Origin: Gnetum montanum
Taxonomy: Eukaryota > Plantae > Gnetophyta
Reading direction: 5' to 3'
Length of the DNA: 64,000 bases
Assembly (NCBI GenBank): GCA_015680685.1
Contig: MNCI01001868.1
Coordinates: 21,621-85,620, forward strand
Shown here one piece after another: positions 15,001-30,000 of the stretch. The notes beneath the pieces are model-generated. The model worked only from the letters and a program-made list of their open reading frames with translations. It was not told the DNA's origin and made no database searches. How positions within the stretch are numbered: the stretch's first letter is position 1; each line of letters begins with the position of its first letter. Both the position numbers and the translations under genes were made by a program.

Positions 15001-18000
15001 AGATTATTACTTTAAATCAGGAGTTGATTCATTTACTTTCCAAACACAAGTTCCCAAATATGTTCCTTAAACTTGATATTGCCAAGGCATATGACTCTCT
15101 TTGAGAGGATGCTTTGAGGACTATGATGTTGAGGAAGGGATTCCATCTCCATATTGCTAAATTATACATTAATATCCAATAGAGTAGGTCTATCTCCATG
15201 GATATCAACAGTGAATTAAGGGGTTTCTTCACTACTCAAAGGGGCCTCCAACAAGGGGACCCCGTATCCCGGTATCTTTTTATTATTGTCATGGACACAA
15301 TACAAGATTATTTGCAGATGGTGGGGGCTAGAGGGATACACATTGCTAGGATTCGAAGTTTGATGAACCATTACGCAAATGAAACCATGCTTACTTCCAA
15401 AGTGTCCATTCCAAAGGCCAAAGCCGTTAAGGCTACCTTGAAGATGTTTGCAGAGGAATTGGGTTTAGTTGTTAATTAGGGCAAATTAGTTGTGAACTTC
15501 TTTAATACTCTTCCGGTGTTGAAAAGTGCTATATGTAGAAGTTTAGAGAATAGGGAAGGGAGTCAAAAGATGCTATCTTGGCACCCTGTTGTTTAATTGG
15601 AAAAGAATTCACACTTGGAGAGGGTTCATTCAAAAGCTCCACTATCACATGTAAGGATGAGCAACTCATTATCTTTCAAGCAAAGGTAGAATTATTCATG
15701 TGTCCTCTATTTTGGCTGCCATTGCTAGACATGTTGCCTCTATTTGTGTCCCCAAAAAGCAATGATCCATAAAGCGAATAGTATCATTAATTAGTTTATC
15801 TAGTCCAAGGGTAAGCATGGCCCAAAAAGACACCTAGTTAACTAGGATACTATTTCTAGACTACAATAATAGTGACTTGGGATCCCAAATTTGAAGATAG
15901 TATTTTAGTAGGTCAATCATGACTAATCTAAAGGATACTAAATAATGATGATGCCATTTGGGTTCAAGTCATCGTGGGAAAATATATACAATGGTCGATG
16001 CATGTGATGAGCGGCGAGTAGTCCCTACGCCCAACCATAAGAATCACAAGCATTGCACTAGTGATCCAGTTGAATTCTATGGACTTTAGCTCTTTAAATG
16101 CACAATAGCCAAGGTAGTGACTTAAGGACATGATAGTTGTCTTTTTGGCTTCACTTGTGTAAGTGCAAGTGTATGGTTAACTGTAAGCCAAGGCACATGA
16201 TTTTTATTGATTTTATATTTTATTTGATTTAATCTAAGTGTGAAACAAAAGTAATTAATTATGGATTAACGAATTAACCATCTAATGTCTTAATCTAATT
16301 ATCCTAACGTAAGCATCTAGGCCCACCTTCTGTGCACATCCTAAACTCATTATGAATGCTACTGGGTTACTAAGTGTTAGGCTACTGAGCAAACCAAGCA
16401 ATAACACCACTAGGATTACCAAGTATTAATGATATGTTTGAGGCGGTTGTACTTATGTGTGATTATCAAGCGTATTAATTAAGGACATGAATATAAAATG
16501 CATAATGATAAAGTGCATAAATGAAAACATTAAACTATTCTTAGGTGCTGCAAGGAGTTCTAAGAATCTCATCTTAATTGTCGACACATCAAAGTGTTCA
16601 GGTACAATGATGCTCGAATAAGGATCCATACAATCCTTGAAATCCTACTGCGAACACTTAGAAAATATTCTAACTTTGACGGAATAAAACTACAAGAACT
16701 TGGCTACTCTATTGACTTAACGGTGCCATAAATACGGTGCGTATGCACATTTATATAGGCAGAGACAAACATTGCATTGATGCATATGTGTCAACACATC
16801 AACCCATGTGTCGACGGGGATGCATCAACGCATGCCCGTTGACGCAGCCCATTGAATGATTTATCAGCATGGAACAAACTTGCATGTTTGGCAAGTGATT
16901 TGTAATTATCATTCTATTATCCCAAACCTACACCTAGATAGGAATAGTACAACAAAGGATTTGATGATGGAAAAATATGCCAAAGTTGAGGGTTGGTGGA
17001 AGATTTGGAAATGTCACATTCTAGAGAAGATTAAAATGTTCACCTAGTCATTATTGCGTCAAGCTATCCTAACGTGTGTCATTCTTCGACATCACAATTT
17101 GAATGTACCTGAGCATTGCATGCTTTGCTCTAATTGTTCATTTGAAACAACAGAACAGTTAATGTAGAATTGTTATGTCAATCACCAAGTGTGGATGCTA
17201 GTAGGCATTTCTCTCCCATAGCTTCACTAGTAATTGTTTCTCTACAATTTTGACCTAGAACATCTTTAAGGGCAAAAACCATCAAATTTTTCAGGTTAAG
17301 CCTCTTCCTTTTTTACAATTTTTACTACTTCTTGTCCAACGCCATTGGAAGGAGATTGTTGATGCCATGGGTCAGACCCCTACCTTTCAACTGAACTAGG
17401 CATGGTTCATGTAGAACCAGCCTTTATGGGACCTTCTTGCAAATGTGGGATGGGATGTGGTGATGCCCCATCTCCAAGGGGAATGAGATATGAATGTTGC
17501 AACATTCTTTTAGCATTGGACAGGGGATGAAACAAAGTTTAGGAGGGAGGGGGACAAGGGATCACTCTAGAAGTGTCTAAACATGTTATGTCAAAGGCAC
17601 TTGGCATTCCTACTAAAGGGGAGATCGTGCTACCAATGGTGAAGGACTTGAGGGATGTTGTTGACTTTTGCTCCAACCTGGGTTTCTACTATTGTCAATG
17701 GCTAGGTGCTTCATTCCTCTTTGATGGTTAAAGTAAAGTTATGGAGAGGTTTCTAATATAGTTTGGTAATGGCTCCAAGGTCATCAATGTGCACTTTGCA
17801 TTTCTTAAATGCCTTTATAGGAAAACATGCCTTGGTGGATCGAAGGTTGTTTCCCTCTGAAACAAGGGTTGAAGAAGTGTGGAGATCTTTATGGGATCTA
17901 TACTATCTTAACCATCATCAAAGAACTACATAGGATTGATTCCTTGTGAACATTGTCACAAGCATATGTAGACTTGTTGAGGAGGCTTTACCTCTCTAGC

Positions 18001-21000
18001 TCGGGCCACCGCCCCACTCTATGGAGCACGAGTTTGAACTAGTTGTGGATAGCCTAGGATTGGCCATTTTATGGTGTCTTAGTCATGTGCTTGATGGTGT
18101 GTTATGCATGTGTATATGTGGTTATCTTGGATCTTAAAATGTGTGCATTGTCTAAGGCATTCTTGCTATGCTTGTAACCATCTTCTAATGGGTGTCATGA
18201 CTTCTTCTATGCTTGTAGGTACTGTAAGCATTGAGGTGTAGACCACCTTAAGCCTGTCCTCCTTTCATAGGAGATTCAAGACTCTTGGGTGGTGTCGTAT
18301 GGTGCTTTTCAAGGGAAGCACTTTAACACTTGGTATCAAAGTTGTGGTTCATAGTTCAAGGCTAGTGGTGGTTCATGGTTCATTAATGTGGTTTGTTGCT
18401 TGTGATTCATGTGTTGTTATGGCACACAAGAAGAAGAGCAAAGGGGGCCAAAATTCCAACGATGTTGCTCCTAGATTCACTCCTCTCAATGGAGCAACTG
18501 GGGATGACAATCTAGGAGAATGGGTGCACAAGGAAGTACCCAAGGATGTACATGACAATGAATGCTTAGATTACAACGAGGGCATGCCTTGTGAGAGGAA
18601 TAATGATGACCCTCTTAGAAAGGTGCAACAACCATGAAGCCAACTATTAGAGGTTGATAGTGTGGTTTTTAGTCGTTCGCCTATTGCTAAGTGGGTGAAA
18701 ATGATTCATGACATTGTGGTCAAAATGGACATGCCATACTTGTGATCACTAAATTCGAGTGTCAAGAACAAGCTCTTCATGGCCCAAAATTTTGTGCTAT
18801 GGAACCATGTGGGGCAAATGTGGGATCTTGTTGATGACATCCAAGTCTCTATATGGGACATCCTACAAAGGTTAATGACCCTGGAGACAAGGAATGAGAA
18901 GCTCAAGACGAGAGGTGAGAAACTTTAGGACCAATTGGCTATACAAGCAAAAGCAATCACATCTAGTTCTAGGCAGACAACACCCAAATTCTAGGCCAAA
19001 TAACCCAAAGCTTACAAAGGAGATCAAAATGATAAGCTTATAGATGCCTTCCTCTATGAAATGGAGCAGTTCTTGGAGATGAACAAGTATCATGAGAAGT
19101 CCAAAGTTATCATTGCTTCCCAATTCCTAGGGTGAGTTTCTCAAACCTGGTGGCTTGGCATCATCTGGGATATGAGCTCCAAGACAGCTTAGAGGTTGGT
19201 AGAGATATGGGAAGAATTCAAAATTGCCTTAATCAAAACCTTCCACCCAAGTACTTCCATTGACAAAGCTTAGGCAAAGTTTAAAGAAATCCAATAGTTT
19301 GGGAAGCTAGAAGATTACCTCAAGGAGTACTAGGAAGTGGTGTTGCAAATCCCTGTTACAGATGATGAGATCATGTTCCAACTATTTCAATGGCATAAAA
19401 CCTTGGGCTCAATGGAAGATCAAACCTTGCAAGATCATAGAGTACAAGGAAGCACTTGAGTTGGCTACCAACTTAGTGGTTGATTCTAAGCCCCAAAAGC
19501 AAGAAAAGAATGGTGCACATGCACCCCAAAACAAAAAGAAGCTTGGTGGTAGATCCGGTGGGCCTGGAGGAAAGAACTTTATTAGTGGCTTTGGGGTCCA
19601 CATTTTACTATTACCCCTGGTATTCAAGCTTCTTACCAAGGTAATGGAAAGCATTGGGCTCTCAAAGATCACAATAGGTTCAAGGACAAGCACCCATGCT
19701 TTGGGAAACCTACAAACAATGCTCCAAGGCATCCTAGTGTAAGATGCTTCATTTGCTGAAGAAATCATGTCGCTCAAGATTTTCCTCAAAACCCCAATTG
19801 GCATCCCACTAGAAGGGTTCCAAATGATGACCAATGGTTAAACACTCCTGAGTACTTCGCACATGCTCAATTGCAAGTGACCAAGGTGAATGAAAATGGG
19901 CAAGAGATTGAGACCCTTTGGGTGATGGAGTGGAATTCTTAGAACGTTCAAGGAGAGTTGCCAAAGCAAGAGACCAACTTGCATTCAATATAGATGGTTC
20001 TAATGCAGCTTCCTTTAAAGATAGTGGATGCCTTAGTTGACACAAATGCCAACCATAACTTTCTTTCATTGGAAATTGCTTGCATCCTCAATTAGCAAGT
20101 CAAACTACTTTCGACATCCTAAAGTTAGCCAAGTTCCACCTAATCAAATGTATGAGAGTGGTGAAGGGCATGAAAGTGAAGATTGAGGAGTGAAGTGGGA
20201 AGCTGGATTTTTTTGGTTTTGGACATTGACTCTTTCCAAGTCATCCTTAGACAAGAGTTTTTCAAGAAGGCAAAGGTGCTAGTTGCCTTGTATCTCAATG
20301 TTCTTTACATTTCGCATGAAGAATCACCCTGTGGTGAAGACCTCGTTGTCAAGAGCAACTAGTACACTGCATGAGGTCCAAATTTTCTCTCCAATGGTGA
20401 TGAAAAGGGTTGCCCAAGATCCAATCCAACAAATGTTTCTGGTAGTCTTGAGGGGGACAAAAGCAAAAGGCACAACTCATGTGAATAGGTAGATCAAGAA
20501 AGTGCTAGGAAGGTATAAGGATTTGATGTCAATGGAGTTGTTGGATGAATTGCCAGAAAGACAAGTGGTGGATCACAAAATTGAATTGTTGCCAGAAACT
20601 GCCCCTCCTAGGCAATGACCTTATCAAATAACTACGTCTAAATTAGAAGAGCCATAAAAGTAGTTGGCAAGCTTGGTTACAAAGGGTTACATTCGAACCT
20701 CCAAATCTTCATATGGAGACCCACTATTGTTTACTAAATAGGAGAATGACACATTGAAATTGAGCTATGATTTTAAGTTTTTGAATAAGTAGATCATTAA
20801 GAATAGGTACCCTTGGTTTCAGACCTATTTGACCAACTAGCAGGGGCTCAATTTTTCTCTCGACTTGACCTTCGCTAGTTGGTCAAGTGTAGAGTGCAAA
20901 ATGGGATAAAAAGAAGACAACATGTGTTACTTATTACAGCTTGTACAAGTGGACAATCATGTCTTTTGGATTGTGCATTGCTCCTACCCCCTTTTGCACA

Positions 21001-24000
21001 CTTATAAATGAGGTGCTCCACCTGTACCTAGACAAATTCATGGTGATATATCTTGATGACATCCTTATGTACTCTCACTCTATGAAGGAGCACTTTAAGC
21101 ACTTGAACCCTATGTTCTATGAATTACATAAACACGAGTTGTATGTCAAGTAGGAGACGTGGGAATTTAGGAAGGTAGAGTTCAAGTTCTTGGGCCACAT
21201 CATTGGTGAAGGCAAGGAGAAGCTAGATTCGAAGAAGGTGGATGTCATTGCAACAATGTATTGTTCCAAACGACGTGCATGAATTGCACCAATTCTTAGG
21301 ATATTACAAGAGTTTGTTCGTCGGTTCTATACTGTGACAACAGCCTTAACCAATTTATAAAAGAAAGATGTCCATTGTGTATGAAGTGATAAGCATTAGG
21401 AAGTTTTTGACAAGATTAGGACAACCCTCACAACCCAACCCATGTTGGCCCTTCCTAACTTATCAAAGTCATTCAAAGTTTACATTGATACTTCAAAAGA
21501 GGCAATTGGAGGAGTGCTCTTGCACAAGAATCATTTGGTTGCATTCAAGTCAAAGAAGTTGAACCTAATAAAACAATCGTGGTCAGTGCATAAAAAAGAT
21601 GGATTATGCAAGGGAAATGAGACCAAAATATGGGACAAGTAAGAAGTTGTTAAGGTGCTATGATGGACCTTTCAAAGTTCTTGCTTGTGTAAACCTTGTT
21701 ACATACAAGCTGCAATTGTTAGTGTATTTGGCAAAATATCATCTAGTATTCCATATTTTCATGCTGAAAAAGTTCAACCTAGGAGATGCTAATCTAGCAA
21801 CATTGAGGTCTTGAGGGCCTCCAAACATTGAGGTTGTGAAAGGATGACAAATTCATTCCATCATCAATATGTGCACCACTGGTTGTGCTCCTAATCAAAG
21901 GGTGGAATTCTTGATACATTAGCACAACACATCTATAGAGGACACCTAGGAGGAGTGGCATATTCTTAAGCACAAGCAATCATTGTGAAGAACCACATTA
22001 AATTACCTTTGTAAATGTATGGGAGTGGCCAGTCCAACACTGCCAGTTCCCAACAAAAGTCATCATGTTTGGGAGTTATAGTGTTGCCAAGTGGATTCGA
22101 GATGAATCACTTTTGACGGATGGAGAATCACTATGTCTCCCCCTTCAATTTAGGGGGCCTAAGTCCCAAAGATCCCTATACATGATAGTGTCAAACTACC
22201 ACTCGGCATAGGGAGTTGTTCCCCCAAGGTACAAAGTAATCTTCCCTTGGTCATAGAGGAGGATCAACTTTACACTCTCGTATCACTGCCAAAGGTAGAG
22301 GATTGGCTAGCATAGCAAGCGAGCAGATTTCACTTTGTGTAAAAAGGTTGGTACAGTTTGCATGAAAAAAAGTAAACCTTTTCTTTCTTAATCCAAGCTG
22401 CGCAAGTATCTCTTGGCCCTAATATCCAATGTGCTCTCCATGCTTAGAAAAGCCTTTGTTGGATGTCAAATTGAGTTCAGCATTTGTGCTTTGTGGTTGA
22501 ATGACCCTAGCTATTGGACCTTCTTGTCTACAACTATTAAAAAAGATTTTACTTTACTATCCTTTGATATCCAGTGTACTTTTCACATTTCAAAAAGCAT
22601 ATGGACAAGACTTAAGCTTTGAGGACAATGATTCTTTCAAGTAGGGATGAGTGTAGGAAAATATGCCTAGTTGGTGGATCAAAGGTTGTTTCCCTCTAGA
22701 ACGAGGGATGGAGAAGTATGGAAATCCTTATAGATTCTATACCATCTTAACTATCACTCAAGAACTACATGGCATTGATTTCTTGTGAACCTCATCACAA
22801 GGATATGTAGGCTTGTTGGGGAGGCTTTGCCTCTCTAGCTTGGGCCACCATGGGGAGGCCCTGCCTCTCTAGCTCAGGCCACTGCTTCATTCTATGAAGC
22901 AGGGTTTAGGGCTAGTTTTGTGTAGCCTAGGATCAGTCGATAAATGATGTCTTGGTCATCTACATGATGGTGTACTGTGCATGTCGATATGTAGTTATCC
23001 TAGGTCTTCATGCATGTGCATTGCCTAAGGCATTCTCGTTACTCTTCTAACCATCTTCTAATGGGTGCCATGAATTCTACTATGCTTGCAGGTGCTGTGA
23101 CCATGAACGTGTAGTCCACCTTGAGTTTGCCCTTATTTTGTAGTTGAATCGGGACTCTTAGGTGGTGTCGTGTGTGCTTTTCAAGAGCGGCACTATAACA
23201 GCAAGTACTTCCTAGCTTGTTTGGAGTAGCACTGGCTGAACCAGCACTCTAGTCCTATATTGGCATTGTTGACTATTGCTAACCAGCAAGGTAGACAACA
23301 AGAGGACTTTAGACAATAGTTGCAAGAGGAAAGATGACAATAGAACATCCTTGTACATAGCAAGACACTTATGCTCAATGACAACAAAAGGAGATTTGAT
23401 GACAAGATGTTACCAAGAGAAGGCTCCAAACCAAGCAAGTTCAAAATGACTATAGGAATGGTTTCAAGGAGGCCCAAAGGGAGAATGTGAAGACCTAGTT
23501 TAGATCTCAGAAGTGTGCCCATACCTAGTGTTGGGTGTCAACTTTCAAGCACCAAGTTAGGACATAAATAGTTTGGTGAAAAAGCATTCACAATAGCTAC
23601 ATTTGAAAAAAGTGTGCAACCAAACTCAAGAAGAACAGCTACAACGTGCTAAAGAGCTGAAGACTCAGAATGAAGCACATTGCTTCATTAAATTGGAGAA
23701 TTGGAGAAGGACAAGATGTGACTAGATACCCTCCACATGGAGTTAAAGAAATTCTGCAAGTGTTCCTTCTTACCTTTTCCCATGTTATAAATTGTAGATT
23801 TTTTCATGTTATCCATGGTGTTGGTCAGTGGTTTATAGGATTTAAGCTAGTTTTGGATTTCTGGAATGATGTTGTTTCTAGTGACTGGGTGGCCACTTTG
23901 GCCCAATTGTTTTTAGTCTATCTTTGGTTCTGTTTGTATATTGTTGTTTCAGGGTTGATCCCCACACTTGGGCTTTTGGATGCTTTGTGAGCTCTTTGCT

Positions 24001-27000
24001 CACATTTTGATGTATATTTTCTTTTGCAGCTAATGATATCCTGAACTATTCGTTAAAAAGAAAAAGTACATCTTAGTTATTTAAAATCAAAGATAAAGCT
24101 CACAACTTGCAAGATGAATTCTTCGTCAGATAGATTCCCTCATATTGAATGTCAATACAATACATTCACGCAAATTGCAAGATTTCTAAGCACAATATAA
24201 TGTAACTGTAAGCAGTGTCTAACAGATCAAAAAACTCCATGAATATTAATATAGCATTTGGTTAAAAGTAGCTCTTACCAGAAGAAAATATATACCAATT
24301 GGTCCTGTGAGCAAAATGGTGTCACATCTAAATACAGTTGTTGCAAAAGTCTGCACCAAAGTAATGCAATTCTTGAGAAAGATAATATAATAAATACAAA
24401 TTCAAGTTTAATTAATTATAAAACAAATTGAACAAACATGAATCAACCTAAAGAGGCACAAACAATACAACCTGCATGGCAATGTGCATCATTTTACTGC
24501 TAATTTTCCATTTAAAAACAGCACAGCAAAGCACATGGACAGAAAATGAAAATATGCAAAAGAAAACATTGAGATAACAGTGGAAAATTCTGGAGATAAT
24601 GAACAAAACGCAAAACCTAAACTAAAACCAAAACATCTTATACAAAACAGCAGATAAGAAACACAAGATTTACAAGGTAAAAGCCTCATGAATGAAGAGA
24701 AACGTCTACAGGAGAAGCCCAGCTCTTATTGCTTAATTGATCTAGATGAGATGTTCACACAATGACCAAGGATATAGCCAAAACCATGTTACACACTCTA
24801 GTTTAAAAATATCTTAAAGTTATCCTTCTCGAATAATCTCAACAATGTAGAACATTCTAGAGAATCACTTCTAAATTAAAACATAGACACATAGAACCAT
24901 CTAGAAAGAACACATTAACTAACAATAGCTTGATAATTGAAAACGTCTGTTACAACAATTTTGAAAAATGTGGAGTTTGAATTTGAAATGGGCACTGGAA
25001 CAAGAGCAAGAGTTGGAGTAGGAGTGGGCACAAGAGAGAGGCAGGTGGCCTACACTATGGAGCATATGCGGTTTGCCTAGTTCTGTGTTTGGAGGTTGTT
25101 GTCAGCCAAGGACCTTGTTAACGAAGTGGTTTTGGATTTATTGTCTGGGGAAGAAAAAGTCCTTGTGAAATACAAGAATCATTTGCTCAACAAGCCTCCT
25201 GCAACTCAATCAACTATTGTGCCCCACTATATGATTTGTGAAAAAGCCAATCATCAAGCTATGGCTTGCAGGGTTAGCACCCACATAGGAGGGGTCTGGG
25301 TGGATGTTGGTTGGGCATCATGGTCACCCCATTTCCAAGCCCAGGGAGATTGGTGGTCTTGTTGGTTGTGGGGGTGGGGGGGTGCGTTGTTTGGGGATCA
25401 ACTCCATAGCCACCCTGAAGATTGATGCCACTATTAGACAAAGGGGGTCGGGGGTGGCCCCCTTGAGGGAATGGGGGATGGGGGCTCTAACTATCTTGTC
25501 TCAAACCCAAATGAGAAGGGGAGATTTGCCCCCGCTAGGGGATTGGGTATCTATGGTGTGTGGTTCCTCAATGTCACATATGGCAGAGGTTCCATGGGCG
25601 ACAGTGAAGTCTCTTGGTAGGTTCCCAATCTTGCCGAACTCTAGGAAAATTAGCAAGCTGCCAACACCACTTGCTTGCAATAAGAAGACACAATTGGAAA
25701 TCGATTTGGGTATTCAAATGACCTTGAAAGAGGTCTACGCAAAACAGTGTACTGGTAAACCATGAAAATTATGTCTTGGAACTATAAGGGTCAGGGTATG
25801 CCCTATAAAAGAAATACCTTGAAGGATATTGTGCGTAGGGAAAACTGCAACATTGTTTGTTTGCAAGAGACAAAGTTGTAGTACAAAGAATTGCAAGTGC
25901 TGCAGTGGGATGGGTGGTAGATGTAGTTTGTTCCTAGTCATGGTGGGGTTGGGGGTTTGGCGGTTCTTTCCAAGTTGCCCTTCATTTTTGTGGATTCTTC
26001 TCCATGGAGCATCTCTATTCGATTGGTTTCATTGAGTTTCTAGCTTACCAACTTTTATGGAGCTCAATGTTGGGAGGAGCAGCTAGCTAAGCTCAAGTGG
26101 ATATCTTTGGTGATTTTAGATAGATGCAAATGGATCATGGTTGGGGATTTCAACCAATGATTACATACCTAGTAGAAATCTAGTGGGGAGGTTACCAAAC
26201 CTCCTTGCAGCAATCAATTCATACAATTTTTGCATGCCAATGATCTTGTGGACAAGAAGACAAAAGACTGCATGTTCATTTGGAGTAACGGGCGTTGGGG
26301 ACAAGATCAAGTTTTATCTTGAATTGACAAAGTTTGGGTCAGCTCTGATATCCTGATGGATCATGACGTTCAGGTCTTAGAAAAAGAAAGACAGGCTTTG
26401 GACCATAGGTCACTGATCTGCCAAATTGGTAGGACATCACACCTTGCCTTCTTGCCATTTTGTTTTGGGAGGTCATGGCTTTCCAAGCCCTAGCTAAGAC
26501 TATTAGTCTCGGAAATTTGGGCTTAATACCCTACTTGGGGGGATCCTCAAGGGGATCCACGAGACTTTCTCAAATACAGCCTAAACACACTAAAGGGAGA
26601 TTTGCTCAAAGAAGAAGGAGAAAAAAATACACTTTTTGTACTCACTGAGAGGTCTTACAAACCAAACTAGCTAACATATAGGCCTGACAAGAGCTCAGGA
26701 GTCTCTTGAAGAGATTGCGTAGGTTGCTTTTAAAGATCTTTGGGCATTAGCGGAGGAGGAGACCACCTACTTAGGTTGCTTTTAAAGATCTTTGGGCATT
26801 AGCGGAGGAGGAGACCACCTACTGGCAATAGCAATCTAGGGTCAAATCGTTGAAGGATGGAGACATACCTACTCATTTTTTCTTTATGGTGGAAAAATCC
26901 AATGGCCAATCCAAGAAGATTCATTACTTGGTGCACGAAGGAACCACTCTAACCCAAATCGACAAAATTGCCCAGGTACTTCAAACCTATTGGGCTAATG

Positions 27001-30000
27001 TTTGGTGTCACCATTACACACTACTGCTTTCTGTCCCTATGCAAAGAGTGCTCAATATGGAAGATAACTGTTGCCTACTTGAACCCTTCACCTAGGTTGA
27101 GTTGGAGGCTACCGTAGCTACTCTGAAGGCCGATAAGGCTCCTAGGCCAGATGGTTGAGCTATTGAATTCTTTAGGGTGTTTGCAAATGTGCTTGGGCAA
27201 AATATGCTAGATGCTTTCAATTCTATGCTCTGATGGTAGCAAGTGCACTACAAAATCAATTGCTCTAGGGTTGTGCTCATCCCCAAGACGGTGAACCCCA
27301 CAGATCTATCTCAATTCAGACCCATTGGTGTCTATAATACCTTACTTAGGTTGTTTACCAAGATGCTAGGCGGCAATTGTCTCCTCTTATGCCAATGCTT
27401 GTGAGAGGACATCAATTGGGTTTGTTAAGGGCCATTTCCTTCAGGACTAGGTGATTCTGTTTCAAGAGATTAGTCACTCACTCCAGCTATCTAGATACCT
27501 TGGTAAGTGTCTCAATTAGATATTATGAAAGCATATGACTTGGCTAGCTAGGATGCCTTGAGAGAAATTATGCTTCGTAAGGGAATTCACCCCAATTTTA
27601 TTAACCTTTGCATACATCTTCAGTCTTCCACTGCATATTCTTTTGACATTGATGGGAAGCTTTGGGGGTTTTCCTCCCTTGAACAAGGTCTAAGACAAGG
27701 AGATCCTCTATCCCCTGATTTGTTTATCATGGTAATGGATACCATGCAAGAGTATTGTAAAAGAGAAAGGGTGAAAGGGCTTAACATTGCGAGGGTGGAT
27801 TGCTTAATAGAGCATTACACAAACAACATGATTTTGTTCACACAAGTCATAGTGCCATAGGCGATTGCGGTAAACAAAGCGCTTGACATGATGGCAAAGG
27901 AAATTGGGTTAGAAGTCAACAAAGGAAAGTTTGCGCTTCACCTCATTAATGTTGATGGGCATGTGTGGGGGAGGATAACCCAGGTGTTGGACATACCGCC
28001 GAGCACAAATCATGATTTTTACCTTGGCATGCCCATCTTTGCTTGGCATAGGAAGAAAGCTTGATTGAAGTTGGTTTAGAGGTTGTAGCAATGGCTTGGA
28101 CACTAGACAATGTGTTTCCTTACTAGGTAGGGAAGAATTGTCCTTGTGACGTCTGTTCTTTTGGCTATTGCTAGGTTCATAGCTTCAATGGTTGTGCCTC
28201 CCAAAGACATTATCCTCAAGGTGTATCAATTAACTAGGGATTTCATCTGGTCAGGGGGTAATGAGGATGAGCATATGCATCTAGTTTGTTGGGATTCTGT
28301 GGCTGAGCCTAGGGAGGCCAGTGAGCTCGGGGTGCTTAAGTTTTCTGATGTGATTGATATGGGGTATCAAGTGCTTACTAATCAGTTGTTGCATGTGGAA
28401 GACAAGCCAGCCCAATGAATTTAGATAATGAATAACAAATACCACAAATGGATGGTGGGTAACTGGGACTTGCTCATTTGGAAAACTCTGTGCAGCCATG
28501 TTCATAAGGTGGAGCAAGGAGGGATGCTAGGGGAACAACTACATTGAATCATTAAGCATAAGTACCCCAAGATTGAGGGTTGGAGGCTGATTTGGAAACG
28601 TAGGCTTCCCAAAAATATAAAGGCCTTCATCTGGTTGGTGAATCATGTTGTGCTCCCTATGCAAGCTACGCTTAGGGGGTTAAACATTAATGATGCTTGC
28701 CCACTTTATACAGGGAAACTTGAAACGTTGAATCATTTTATTTGGTGTTGCCCATTCATGACTGCCACTTGGCAGGCTGCCGCAATCCCACCATTACTTA
28801 AATTGAATGGTGACTCCAAAGTAACCATTGTGCTATGAAGCATCTAGTGGGCACGTAGCAATCGGCTTTTTCAAGGTCTACTGCTTCCTTGGCCTGCATA
28901 GACTACTGCTAATGGGTTGAGGTTGTGGTAGGTGTCAACAGCTATGGGAGCTACTCCTACTTTTGAGCCATCGTGTGCAACATTTCAACAAATGTTGTTG
29001 TTATGGGCTGACCTTCTACCCACGCTTGTGGGGGACTTGGAGCTCATTGACAATTCTTTCTTCAGGAATTGGTGTGTGAACTCCACCATGTTTAGAGGGG
29101 CATGGATTGAGCTTATGAAGGAGGCACTGGTGTAGCTTCTGTGGACTCTAGCTAGTGGGAAGGTAATTCTCCCGACAAAGAGGGGGCTGCGGGATGTTGA
29201 GGATTTCTTTCCCAACCTTGTACCAAAAACAGGTAGTGGGCAAGTGCCCAAATGGCCCTGCTACAGCTCTGGCAAGATGCCATTGAGCTTATNAGGAGTG
29301 GATGAAGCTGTGTGGATGAAGCTGTGGGGAGGTTTCCTCCCTTGAATGAGTTGGATCGTGTGGTACAATAGGCGGCTAAACCTAAGGAGAGCAATCTAGT
29401 GGAAGCGGCTAAATGTGCTCGTGGAGAGGAGTAGGCCCTTCAGGAGGCTAAGTGGTAGGCATGTGAAGACGAGTTCCAGCATCAACTAGCTCAATCTGAG
29501 TTACGCCATCAGGAGATTGCTAGAGACCATATGGCTAAGGGAGAATGTTGAGGCGGCAAATAGGGTTGTGCTCGAAGATGAGATTCACAAGCAGCTTAGA
29601 GAGGAGATTTTACAGGAGGAATAGAACAGGATCATCTAGGAAAAGGAGTAGTAGGAGCATAGAGAATAAGATCAGATGGAAGCCATGCAACTACAGAAAC
29701 AATAGGATCAAGAAGACAAAACCAACGTCAAATCTTGGCTTTGCGAGGGCAAATGCCCTTATGTTATAATGAATATTAATCGTAATTCCTCCTAGATGCT
29801 TTGACATTTCATAAGGAGAACATTTGCTAAACTACATTCGGATGGAAAAGGGGATGCGGCTACTTGTGCTCAGGAAGCAAATTTCAAAAAATTCTAGGAG
29901 GTTGTTGCTTTTGTGGACATGGAACAACATCAAGCTATGCTGGACACCATCCACGCATAGGAATGTGCCACTTGCAAGTGTGTTTGGTTGCCTTAACACC

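Larger units (their letters stand above)
17816..23200 (+). mobile_element. Degenerate Ty3/gypsy LTR retrotransposon nested in LINE B
   Basis: Diverged LTR pair 17816-18328 and 22652-23200 (TA/TG...AACA). PBS TGGTATCAAAG (tRNA-iMet-like) at 18331. Gag-like region, protease [10 protein letters not shown] at about 20033, [16 protein letters not shown] at about 21025, partial RNase H, integrase C-terminal YDGPFKVL...YKLQL...HLVFHI at about 21660, PPT at about 22640-22651. Integrase core deleted; no clear TSD. Confidence 0.9.
14205..24066 (+). mobile_element. LINE copy B: old, 5'-truncated, degenerate ORF2, interrupted by a solo LTR (16005-16866) and a gypsy element (17816-23200)
   Basis: RT motifs ([24 protein letters not shown]), zf-RVT region at about 16990-17190, extra domain at 17400-17815 resuming at 23201, J remnant CPYLVLGV...HLK at 23516-23608, A-rich tail at about 24053-24066. 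Many stops and frameshifts. Confidence 0.85.
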
